The notes below the pieces were generated by a model. That model saw nothing but the letters and a program-made list of their open reading frames with translations, was not told the origin of the DNA and searched no databases. Positions 26,189-34,116 of a stretch of 64,000 nt of DNA are shown here, in pieces. The number at the start of each line of letters is the position of its first letter. Position 1 is the first letter of the stretch. The position numbers were made by a program, and so were the translations under genes. Source of the stretch: Candidatus Nomurabacteria bacterium (lineage in GTDB: Bacteria; Patescibacteriota; Minisyncoccia; Phycocordibacterales; SBAW01); contig CALQZS010000001.1 in the NCBI GenBank assembly GCA_943349945.1, forward strand, positions 130,803 through 194,802, written 5' to 3'.

Positions 26189-27643
26189 TTAAAACTCGAT
26201 CTTTCTATATTCAGGTTTAAACGCACACCCTGCACATGCCACGTCGGACACAGCAGCACCTTGCGCAATCGCCTCGCCCAACCAGCCGGTAAGCCGCGTC
26301 GTGTCTTCCGTATAGTCACTCGAGCGCAACACAATAACCGCCACTCTGTGTTTTTCTGGCCCGTTTGATACGGTAAATACCGACACCATGGTCTCGCCTG
26401 CCGCAGTCGTCTGCCCCACCTTGCCGCCCACAAAGCTTTTTTCGCCCGAAAAGATATTGAGGTTTTGGAGCGCATATACCGCGCCATCGTTTGCTTTAAT
26501 CGTCTTGGCCGGAGCGCGCGTAATATCCCACACAAACGACTTTTTATTTGCCAAGTACATAGCTAAACGAAACAGATCGTCGGGAGTTGATTTGTTGTAT
26601 GGCGACATGCCGCTTGGGTCGGCAAACTGGGTCGCAGTCATCCCCAGTGCCTCTGCGGTAGTATTCATCCATTCTACAAAACCCTTCGTACCATAAAAAC
26701 TGGCCAACATGTCGGCCACGTGGTTGTTAGACTCCATCAAAAGTGGGTACAGCAAGTCGCCGATAAAAAATCTTTTCTGCTCTGTACTGCTTGCAAGCGC
26801 GCGCGACAGCTCCCCTTCCCGCACGGGCACCTCCTTTTCAAAACTGATTATCTCGCTGGCCACCAGTGCGGTCATGAGCTTGGCTACAGACGCCACAGGC
26901 ATCTCTCGGTCTGCGTTGCGCTCGAGGTACACATCGCCGGAGTCTATGTCGGCCACCAAGTAGGCTTCGGCCGAAACAAGCGGCGCTTCCAACTGTGCCA
27001 ACACCCACGGCGTAGTAGACGCCGCCCCATGCGCATCATAGACAAACAATCCCGTACCCTTGTCGGCAAAAGCAAAAATCTCTTGTGCATCTTCGGTCGA
27101 GAGCCGTATGCACCCACCCGAGAATGTCGAGGCCACCGGCGTGCCGTCTGGATAGGTTGGCCACCCATGGATAAAGTAGTTGCCATAAAACTGCATGCTG
27201 TAGGGCATGTTGACGCTCCCTATGGTCGAGAAGTGATTCTCTTCTTTTGTTTGTACCGAATAAAATCCGCTTGGCGTCTCCCACGGCGTCCCCGGCTTGC
27301 CTTTGGTCAAAATGGGGTACGTGGCGGTGGTGGTGCCATTTTCATACAAAGACACCTGCATAGCATCCAGGTCGGCGACCACAAACTTGCCTGTGTGCGG
27401 CACCACCTGTGCAATAGACAGCGCGTTAATTACCCGCTTGGGTGTGCGCGGCGTTATTACGGGTGTGGACGTCGCAAGCGGCACTTCCGCAACAGTCGCC
27501 ACAGATTGTGTGTTTGGCCATGTTTGCAAGTACAGCAGCCCCGCACGCCCACCCAACCCCACCACAAGCACTAGCGCCACAAAAATACCCACAAAGTACA
27601 AACCTCGCTTGTCGACTGCATGCTCTATACCACCGTACTCCAT
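26189..27643 (-). CDS. Fusion of an L,D-transpeptidase (YkuD) domain and a serine D-Ala-D-Ala carboxypeptidase (S11) domain
   Basis: N-terminal TM segment. YkuD catalytic block FIHGWP...SGGCIRL. Then an S11-like VASVAKLMTALV (SxxK) domain and a C-terminal domain. Confidence 0.8.
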   Translation of the reverse strand: MEYGGIEHAVDKRGLYFVGIFVALVLVVGLGGRAGLLYLQTWPNTQSVATVAEVPLATSTPVITPRTPKRVINALSIAQVVPHTGKFVVADLDAMQVSLYENGTTTATYPILTKGKPGTPWETPSGFYSVQTKEENHFSTIGSVNMPYSMQFYGNYFIHGWPTYPDGTPVASTFSGGCIRLSTEDAQEIFAFADKGTGLFVYDAHGAASTTPWVLAQLEAPLVSAEAYLVADIDSGDVYLERNADREMPVASVAKLMTALVASEIISFEKEVPVREGELSRALASSTEQKRFFIGDLLYPLLMESNNHVADMLASFYGTKGFVEWMNTTAEALGMTATQFADPSGMSPYNKSTPDDLFRLAMYLANKKSFVWDITRAPAKTIKANDGAVYALQNLNIFSGEKSFVGGKVGQTTAAGETMVSVFTVSNGPEKHRVAVIVLRSSDYTEDTTRLTGWLGEAIAQGAAVSDVACAGCAFKPEYRKIEF

Positions 27644-27644
27644 A

Positions 27645-28472
27645 CTATATATGTGGCTGCAGCACAGGCACCAAAGCGCCCTCTGGGGTTATGTCGTAGG
27701 TGATGCCCAACGGGTCTTGCGGCAGCTCGCGCAACACACCCGCCCGCACCAAGTCTTCTAGAGTACTTGGGTACGCCCCCACAGCGCTGTGGTATTGCTC
27801 GACCGCCTGCTCCAGCATGCTGCGCAGCTCTATATGCAGCACATTATGTAGCGCCTGGGCGCGCACCACCTCGTCGGCAGAGTTTTCATAAATAGCTATC
27901 CAGATTTGTTTTGTCTCTTCTCGGATGTCACCCCGCAACCCATAGTTGTGCGCAGACAGTTTGATACCCTCGGGCACGCCCGGGGTGTTTGCAGCGATGT
28001 TCATATACAGTGCTGCATTTGTTGAGTCTTTGAGCGCCAGATGGTACGCAGTGGCTACGTAGTATGGTATGCGCCAGTCGCCCAAGTTTTGTGCGACTCC
28101 TTGCCGGCCAATGGCTATGGCGCGCTCTGTTGCCTCTTGGTCGTTGTGCGGCGCCATCAAAGTTACAAAAGCATACAGGTAGCTAAACTGCGGGTCCAGA
28201 GCCACCATGGCCGCTATGCGCATGGCCGCACTGTCGAGCGCCGCGCCGCCTGTGCCGCCTATGTCTTGTATGAGCCCGAGCCAAAGCAGCGACGCCATAG
28301 CCGAAGACAAACCCAGCGTAGCGCCACGCAACACCGGGGCCGGGAGTGGCTGGTGCGGTTGGTATGGCACCGACGTTTGGTATTTGTCGTGTACCAGCTG
28401 CACAGCAGCCACCGCACACAAGAGTGCCACCAGCACTGCGCCGCATATGGTTTGTATATGCCACTTTGCCAT
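27645..28472 (-). CDS. Hypothetical membrane-anchored helical-repeat protein
   Basis: N-terminal TM segment then an alpha-helical-looking body; 1-nt gap to the downstream gene. Confidence 0.5.
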   Translation of the reverse strand: MAKWHIQTICGAVLVALLCAVAAVQLVHDKYQTSVPYQPHQPLPAPVLRGATLGLSSAMASLLWLGLIQDIGGTGGAALDSAAMRIAAMVALDPQFSYLYAFVTLMAPHNDQEATERAIAIGRQGVAQNLGDWRIPYYVATAYHLALKDSTNAALYMNIAANTPGVPEGIKLSAHNYGLRGDIREETKQIWIAIYENSADEVVRAQALHNVLHIELRSMLEQAVEQYHSAVGAYPSTLEDLVRAGVLRELPQDPLGITYDITPEGALVPVLQPHI

Positions 28473-28475
28473 AGG

Positions 28476-29246
28476 CTATAGTTCGCGCTTACCCAGCAAA
28501 AGCGACGCGCCAAACAAAAGCACCCCCGCGTAGAGCACCGCGTAGGCAACAGTGGTGAGCATGTGCGCCGTGGTGGGCACCCCGCCGTACAGCACCAACT
28601 CGCGCACGTTAAACTTTTCGAGGTTGGGCAATATGTAGTAGAGGCTCGTCAGCACCGGCTGCAGCGCGGCAGGCGCCGACAGCGCCGGCAAGAGCGACAA
28701 AGAATGCCCGATGTATAAACAGACAATAGTGTAGACCGTGGACGCAAGCGGCCGCGCAAAGGTAGAAAAAAATATAGCCAACGCGATGATGAGCCCTAGC
28801 TCCAACAATTCGTACCCCACGGCAAACATAGCCCCCGTATCTACCCCGCCGCCGCCGTACCACACCAGCCCCAGGTATACCGCGAGCATCCCCGCCACCG
28901 ACACCGCCACGCTGGCAAGCAGGCCACTAAACTTGCCCACCACCATTTGCCAACGGCTCACCGGCTTGGACAAAATAAAGTATGCGGTTTTTCTTTCGAG
29001 CTCTTTAAACACCAAGGACGTCGCCAAAAAGATGGTGATGAGCAAGCCAAAGAGATACATCCCCGCCAACCCCAAACTCCGCACTATGTGCAAGTTTTCG
29101 CCCAGCGATATCGAACCCAAAAACAGCGTAAAGGTGCTAAAGATAAACGCAAAAATCCAGATGCCGTACAGCACCTTGTCGCGCACATTTTCTATAAACG
29201 TGCTCTGCATCAATACAAACAGGGTATGTGCTATGCGGGATATCAT
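28476..29246 (-). CDS. ABC-2 type transporter permease
   Basis: 256 aa with about 6 TM segments; overlaps the ATPase gene by 4 nt. Confidence 0.75.
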   Translation of the reverse strand: MISRIAHTLFVLMQSTFIENVRDKVLYGIWIFAFIFSTFTLFLGSISLGENLHIVRSLGLAGMYLFGLLITIFLATSLVFKELERKTAYFILSKPVSRWQMVVGKFSGLLASVAVSVAGMLAVYLGLVWYGGGGVDTGAMFAVGYELLELGLIIALAIFFSTFARPLASTVYTIVCLYIGHSLSLLPALSAPAALQPVLTSLYYILPNLEKFNVRELVLYGGVPTTAHMLTTVAYAVLYAGVLLFGASLLLGKREL

Positions 29247-29953
29247 GCTGTTTTGGTTATGGCGGTAATGGTGTCTACAAACTGCTCTTCGAGCGAGCGT
29301 CCGTGGGTAAACGCGTCGACCGCCCCCGCATACACCAGTGAACCCCGGTGCAAGATGCCTATCTGGTCGCAGATTTCTTCCATATCAAACAAAATATGCG
29401 AGTTAAAGAAAACTGTTTTGCCTTGTGCCTTGAGGTCGAGGATTATTTTTTTTAATTCCAAGCGGCCAATAGGGTCCAAGCCGTCGAGCGGCTCATCCAA
29501 AAAGATATAGTCGGGGTCGTTGACTATTGCTTGGGCAAACCCCAGGCGCTGCTTCATACCTTTGGAGTAGTCGGCTATGGTGAGGTCGCGCGCCTCGTAT
29601 ATCCCCACCCGCTCTAACAACTCGCCGCAGGCCTGTTTTGTTTTAGGGTAGCGAAAGAGGTGCGAACAAAAACACAAAAACTCTAGACCCGTCAGGTGGC
29701 CATAGTAGTGCGGCGTCTCGGGCATAAAGCCGATGCGCTCGCGCACCGAGCGGTGCGTCGGCGCCACTTTGTCTATCAAAATAGAGCCTGCATTTGGCTG
29801 GTTGAGCCCCACCAGCATTTTGATGGTGGTGGTTTTGCCCGCGCCGTTTTGCCCCAAAAAACCAAACACCGTGCCTTGCGGCACGGTAAACGAAACGTTA
29901 TCGATCACAACTCGACCAAGGATTTTTTTGTGTATACCCTGCACTTCTAGCAT
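29243..29953 (-). CDS. ABC transporter ATP-binding protein
   Basis: Walker A GQNGAGKTTT, signature YSKGMKQR, Walker B IFLDEP. Confidence 0.9.
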   Translation of the reverse strand: MLEVQGIHKKILGRVVIDNVSFTVPQGTVFGFLGQNGAGKTTTIKMLVGLNQPNAGSILIDKVAPTHRSVRERIGFMPETPHYYGHLTGLEFLCFCSHLFRYPKTKQACGELLERVGIYEARDLTIADYSKGMKQRLGFAQAIVNDPDYIFLDEPLDGLDPIGRLELKKIILDLKAQGKTVFFNSHILFDMEEICDQIGILHRGSLVYAGAVDAFTHGRSLEEQFVDTITAITKTA

Positions 29954-29985
29954 AGAGCTATTATACGCAGTGCAGGTGCCCCGTG

Positions 29986-31104
29986 CTAGTCATTGTCTGG
30001 CAGCAAATCAATATCGCCCACGCGTGGCAGCGCGCCATCAAAGCGTCGCTCCGCCTTGAGGTACGTCTCGAGTTCTACAGCGCTCTGCAGCGCAGTATCA
30101 AACTGCACCACCGCCGTGTCATAGTCGGCTGCACCAAAGGCAGTGTCGCCCGCACTCATCAGCACGCTGGTCGAAGCAAGCACGGTTTGGACATACTCTG
30201 CCAATTTTTCATCTTTTAGAGAAAGAGCGTGGATACGCCCAAGCACCAAACGCGTACGCGCCTTCAATTGTGCTGCAACAGCTTGGCCACTAAGCGACCC
30301 TTCGTCTGGCGCCGGCGCAGCCACCTGCGGCACTGGCTCGCTGGTTGTTGCCGCTATGGACATCACTTTGGCTGCTTTTGCAGCCACTGCCACAGGCTCG
30401 CTCCGGCGCTCCAAGACCACACGCTTACTTTCTTTGACAGGCTTGTTTGCCTCTGCTGCTGCGGTGGCGTGCATCCGCACCCGTACCGCAAACTTTCGCG
30501 ATGTGTTTTTTGTTTCTTCGTCGGGACTTTGTTCGCCCAAGTGGCTCAACACTGCATCGTTGACCGCCAAGGACGACGCGAGTTGCGTGCTAATTTGTGC
30601 TGCGGCACCTGGGTCCTCTATCTCGAGCACCTCTGTCAAAGACTGCGCTGCCGCCACATGCTCGTCGAGCTGCAGCTGCAGCTGCTCTGCCACGGTGGTC
30701 GTAAACTTGCCCTGCGAGGCAAGATCTTGTGCCTCTTCTACGCGACGCTCGGCCAATACTGCTTGCGCCTCGGCTTTGGCGGTGGGCGTTGTGGCAAGTG
30801 CTATTTCTACAAACTCGTTTACGTGGATCTTCACCGCGTACAGCAAGTCGCCAGGCAATGCGGTTTGTGCCGCGTAGCTGGTGCCGCCGCCGCTACCCGC
30901 TACAAACACAAACAATATGAGTGCCGCGAAGGTACGCTGCAATACTACATGGTTGAATATAAAAAAGTGATACGGACTTTGCACCAAGGGAGACGCGGGG
31001 TTAAGCGCCATGCGCTCGCTCAGGCGGGCACGCAAAGTAGCCTTCTCTTGTACAGTAAGGCGGACACGCAAACCTTCGTTTTTAAATTCTTCGGTAAATT
31101 TCAT
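29986..31104 (-). CDS. DUF5667-like membrane protein (putative anti-sigma partner)
   Basis: Single TM segment, then a PGDLLYAVK motif and a long Ala-rich helical region. Overlaps the ECF sigma gene by 4 nt. Confidence 0.65.
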   Translation of the reverse strand: MKFTEEFKNEGLRVRLTVQEKATLRARLSERMALNPASPLVQSPYHFFIFNHVVLQRTFAALILFVFVAGSGGGTSYAAQTALPGDLLYAVKIHVNEFVEIALATTPTAKAEAQAVLAERRVEEAQDLASQGKFTTTVAEQLQLQLDEHVAAAQSLTEVLEIEDPGAAAQISTQLASSLAVNDAVLSHLGEQSPDEETKNTSRKFAVRVRMHATAAAEANKPVKESKRVVLERRSEPVAVAAKAAKVMSIAATTSEPVPQVAAPAPDEGSLSGQAVAAQLKARTRLVLGRIHALSLKDEKLAEYVQTVLASTSVLMSAGDTAFGAADYDTAVVQFDTALQSAVELETYLKAERRFDGALPRVGDIDLLPDND

Positions 31105-31637
31105 GATTGTGCTTCTGGTTCCATGAGCGTACGGAGCTTTTTGAGCCCGCGGTGTATCCGCACCGATACCACATTTTCGCTCTCTTCTATCGACTCTGCA
31201 ATCTCTTTTGGACTAAAGCCCTCTATATAGCGCAGCGCCAACACCTCGCGGTATGGGTCGGCCAACTTGGCCAGCGCCGCGAGCGCGCGCTTGCCGTCGA
31301 AGCGGTCCATAGCAGCTTCGAGCGCGTTTGTCTCGTCGGCAGGTAAAAGGGACTCCACCGTCTCGCCGCCCTCGCCGCTTTCGACCATCTGTTCGAGCGA
31401 TGTGGTTTTGTGCTTGCGGTACTCGTCGACAATAAGGTTATGTAGCGTGCGGTAAAAGAAGGGACGGTAGTCGTGGATTTCTTCGCCGCGCGAGACATAG
31501 GCCCACGCACGCAGAAAAGTCTCTTGCGTCAAGTCGAGCGCCCGCTCCCTGTCGGAGAGCCTGAGTGTCGCATGCCGGAAAAGCTCGTCGGCATACCGCT
31601 CAAAGGCAGCAGTAAATTGTTTTTCTGTGTCTACCAT
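31101..31637 (-). CDS. ECF-type sigma-70 family RNA polymerase sigma factor
   Basis: Region 2 (DLTQETFLRAW) and region 4 (SPKEIAESIEESENVVSVRIHRGLKKL). Confidence 0.9.
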   Translation of the reverse strand: MVDTEKQFTAAFERYADELFRHATLRLSDRERALDLTQETFLRAWAYVSRGEEIHDYRPFFYRTLHNLIVDEYRKHKTTSLEQMVESGEGGETVESLLPADETNALEAAMDRFDGKRALAALAKLADPYREVLALRYIEGFSPKEIAESIEESENVVSVRIHRGLKKLRTLMEPEAQS

Positions 31638-31712
31638 ATATAGAGACGGATGAGAGCCTCTACTCTTTCATCGCCTACCTATTCTACCCTATACAACCCG
31701 TACACTAGACGC

Positions 31713-31745
31713 AAAAACACCACCCCTAAACAGGGTGGTGTTTTT
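31713..31745 (-). terminator. Terminator (bidirectional shape) closing the orphan minus-strand unit
   Basis: On minus: AAAAA-CACCACCC-tgtttag-GGGTGGTG-TTTTT. Confidence 0.8.
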
Positions 31746-31865
31746 AAACATCCATAGGGCCACGAGCCATGCACAGTGGTTAGAGGAGAGAGTTTTTTGC
31801 TCCGTCTTGGCTAGTGCAATTTGGAGCTTCTCACACAGCGTGACTCATGACCCTATAGAGATTTT

Positions 31866-31920
31866 TACCTTTTCGTCCTTTTGGACTCATCAGCCCGGGC
31901 ACACACCCGAGGAAAGTCGG
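31866..31920 (-). ncRNA. Type III hammerhead self-cleaving ribozyme motif
   Basis: Minus strand: CCGACUUUC^CUCGGG-UGUGUG-CCCGGG-CUGAUGA-GUCC-AAAA-GGAC-GAAA-AGGUA. The full conserved core is present, and helices I, II and III are all formable. Confidence 0.8.
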
Positions 31921-32009
31921 ACGACACGCAGCGTTGTTGCGCCGTGTCGCCCGTTAGCCCCGGACTAGCCGGGGCGGCCGGGGATGATTTTGCGGTAATC
32001 ATCCTGTTG

Positions 32010-32402
32010 TTAGGTGCCGCATATAGCGGCCACGAACTGCTTCGCAAGTTCTTGGCGATTCAGTTCTGACGCCCGATCGTCGCTGGGGACGCACGGGGAC
32101 TTAGTTAACCCGTACGCCAAAGAAGCGTAACTCACCGCCATCGACGGATTGTAACCGCCCCAAAAGCGAGCGGCCTCAGCCGCTGCCAGAACGGCGAACT
32201 TCTTCGCCGCCTGTGAGTCCTCAATGGACACATCGAATGGTCGGTCAGCGTGACCGAAAACCCCAAAAAGGGCCCTTTCGATTTCATAGAGTACCCGCTC
32301 TGAAATCTCTCCACCCACTATCATCCATTGGACGACCTGTGGGTTGGGCATCCACAGCCCAGCGACAACAAGCGCTGCCATTCGCGCATGTACTATTGTC
32401 AT
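32010..32402 (-). CDS. Hypothetical 130-aa protein (orphan)
   Basis: GGAG RBS 7 nt upstream of the ATG; no recognisable motif. Sits between the structured leader and the hammerhead. Confidence 0.55.
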   Translation of the reverse strand: MTIVHARMAALVVAGLWMPNPQVVQWMIVGGEISERVLYEIERALFGVFGHADRPFDVSIEDSQAAKKFAVLAAAEAARFWGGYNPSMAVSYASLAYGLTKSPCVPSDDRASELNRQELAKQFVAAICGT

Positions 32403-32767
32403 TTTACTCTCCGTTTTTTTGAGCGTTGGATTTTGCCAACGCTCGGGTTTAGAACATCAGGGTGCAATTTCTTGCGATCCCTCTTGCCGCACCGAGCATT
32501 AGAGTGCATCCATCTGCACTAGGCAGACAGGCTCATGACTCGGTAAGGCGAAGAGGAACAACAAAGGTGATCTTTCGATCGTTTGTTATTTCCCGACGCC
32601 AATATTTGGGTCGGGATCCCGACTTTGCGGGATCTATTCGCTATTCTTTTGTCAAAGAATGTCTCTCTTTCGAGAGAAGTCGGATGGCAAAATGGGCCAA
32701 ATATAAAAGATGTGCCTTTTGCCGTCCGGCTTCTCCCTACGACTCTCTCCTCTAAGAGGTAATCGTT
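32403..32767 (-). ncRNA. Unclassified, highly structured leader RNA of about 365 nt
   Basis: At least seven hand-verified hairpins, for example 32662-32677, 32643-32660, 32615-32634, 32682-32727, 32479-32556, 32561-32586 and 32421-32444. No credible ORF. Confidence 0.5.
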
Positions 32768-32773
32768 AAACCC

Positions 32774-32802
32774 ATTATACCCCCTTATTCCGAGTTTGTC
32801 AA
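32774..32802 (-). promoter_or_regulatory. Consensus sigma-70 promoter TTGACA-17 nt-TATAAT
   Basis: Minus strand ttgacaaactcggaataagggggtataat; both hexamers are perfect and the spacer is 17 nt. Confidence 0.75.
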
Positions 32803-32889
32803 GTAGTTCGAGGCGCTCATAACCAAACAGGCAAAATAGCCCTATACATAAGGCTTTTTAGGCACTCTAGAGCCTGCCTTGCTTTGTAG

Positions 32890-34056
32890 CTACCGCACAG
32901 CCTTTGCAACCGCCTCCATGACCCCTTTGTCGAAGGGCCCAGGGATTATTTTGTCTGCCGTAGGCTTTTTGACCAGCGCAGCCAAGTTGTGGGCGGCAGC
33001 CAACTTCATCTTGTCGGTGATTTTGGTGACCTTGTGGTCGAGCGCTCCGCGGAAGATGCCGGGGAATGCTAGCGAATTGTTGATTTGGTTTGGGAAGTCG
33101 CTCCGCCCTGTGGCCACCACAGCTGCCCCTCCCCGCATAGCATCGCCCGGCATAATTTCGGGAGTCGGGTTGGCAAGCCCAAAAACAATCGCACGCGGTG
33201 CCATCATTTGCACGTGCCGCGCCTGCATCAGCCCCGGGCCAGAAACCCCCACCACAGCGTCCGCCCCCGCAAGCGCATCTTCTAAACCTCCCTGTATCTT
33301 GCGTGGGTTTGTGTGTTTGGCCAGCGCCTGCTTGTGCGGCTCGTTACTATTCACCGTGATGATTCCTTTACTGTCGAGGACGATTACATCTTTAACACCC
33401 GCCAAGAGCAGCAGCTTGGTTACGGCGGTGCCTGCAGCACCCGCGCCAGCCACTACTACTTTTAATTTCTTTAGATCTTTCTTTACCACCTTTGCTGCGT
33501 TAATGAGCGCTGCGAGCACCACAATTGCTGTGCCGTGCTGGTCGTCGTGCATCACGGGGATGTTGAGCGCCGCCTTTACCCTGTCTTCTATCTCAAAACA
33601 ATTGGGCGCAGTAAAGTCTTCGAGGTTGATGCCACCGAATGCGGGCGCAATGCGCACAATAGTCTCGACAATCTCGTCGACGTTTTGTGTATCGAGCACA
33701 ATCGGGAATGCGTCTACGTCTGCAAACGACTTAAACAGCGCAGCCTTACCCTCCATAACCGGCAGCGCACCATAGGGCCCGATGTTGCCCAACCCCAACA
33801 CTGCCGAGCCGTCGGAGATAACCGCGACCATGCGTTTTTTTATTGTGTATTCTTTTGCGAGCGTCTCTTGTTTTTTTGTTGGGTGGAGTTTGCCTTTAGT
33901 GCCCGCGACAAGTGTCGACACCGCCGCCACGCCCGGCGTGTATACCAAACTCAAGTCGTCTCTGTTTGTAACGGGCGCTGCTGCCTGGATGCGAATTTTA
34001 CCCCCGAGTTTTTTGTGTAATGCAATTGCCTTTGCTGCGGTGTCGTTTTTTGCCAT
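32890..34056 (-). CDS. NAD(P)-dependent malic enzyme (short form)
   Basis: VYTPGVA, VISDGSAVLGLGNIG and GAGAAG Rossmann motifs. The start at 34056 avoids overlap with recG. Confidence 0.85.
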   Translation of the reverse strand: MAKNDTAAKAIALHKKLGGKIRIQAAAPVTNRDDLSLVYTPGVAAVSTLVAGTKGKLHPTKKQETLAKEYTIKKRMVAVISDGSAVLGLGNIGPYGALPVMEGKAALFKSFADVDAFPIVLDTQNVDEIVETIVRIAPAFGGINLEDFTAPNCFEIEDRVKAALNIPVMHDDQHGTAIVVLAALINAAKVVKKDLKKLKVVVAGAGAAGTAVTKLLLLAGVKDVIVLDSKGIITVNSNEPHKQALAKHTNPRKIQGGLEDALAGADAVVGVSGPGLMQARHVQMMAPRAIVFGLANPTPEIMPGDAMRGGAAVVATGRSDFPNQINNSLAFPGIFRGALDHKVTKITDKMKLAAAHNLAALVKKPTADKIIPGPFDKGVMEAVAKAVR

Positions 34057-34116
34057 GCGGTTGGTCAGATAAATGGATATGCCTTTATTGTAGCAAGCTT
34101 TTGGTATGATTGTTGC

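Noticed and set aside
31908-31920. The plus-strand GAGGAAAGTCGG resembles the P4 strand (GAGGAAAGUCC) of RNase P RNA.
   Set aside because: It is the reverse complement of hammerhead helix III/I (CCGACUUUCCUC). I could not find the other RNase P conserved regions or a matching 3' P4 strand nearby, and the region overlaps a plausible minus-strand unit.
31713-32802. The ribozyme-bearing unit might be a viroid-like or obelisk-like rod-shaped element, with global 5'-half/3'-half complementarity.
   Set aside because: Hand comparison of sequence adjacent to the 14-nt complementary pair showed no continued pairing.

Only one hammerhead copy was found.

The unit has a normal promoter and terminator.

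It is treated as a chromosomal transcription unit.
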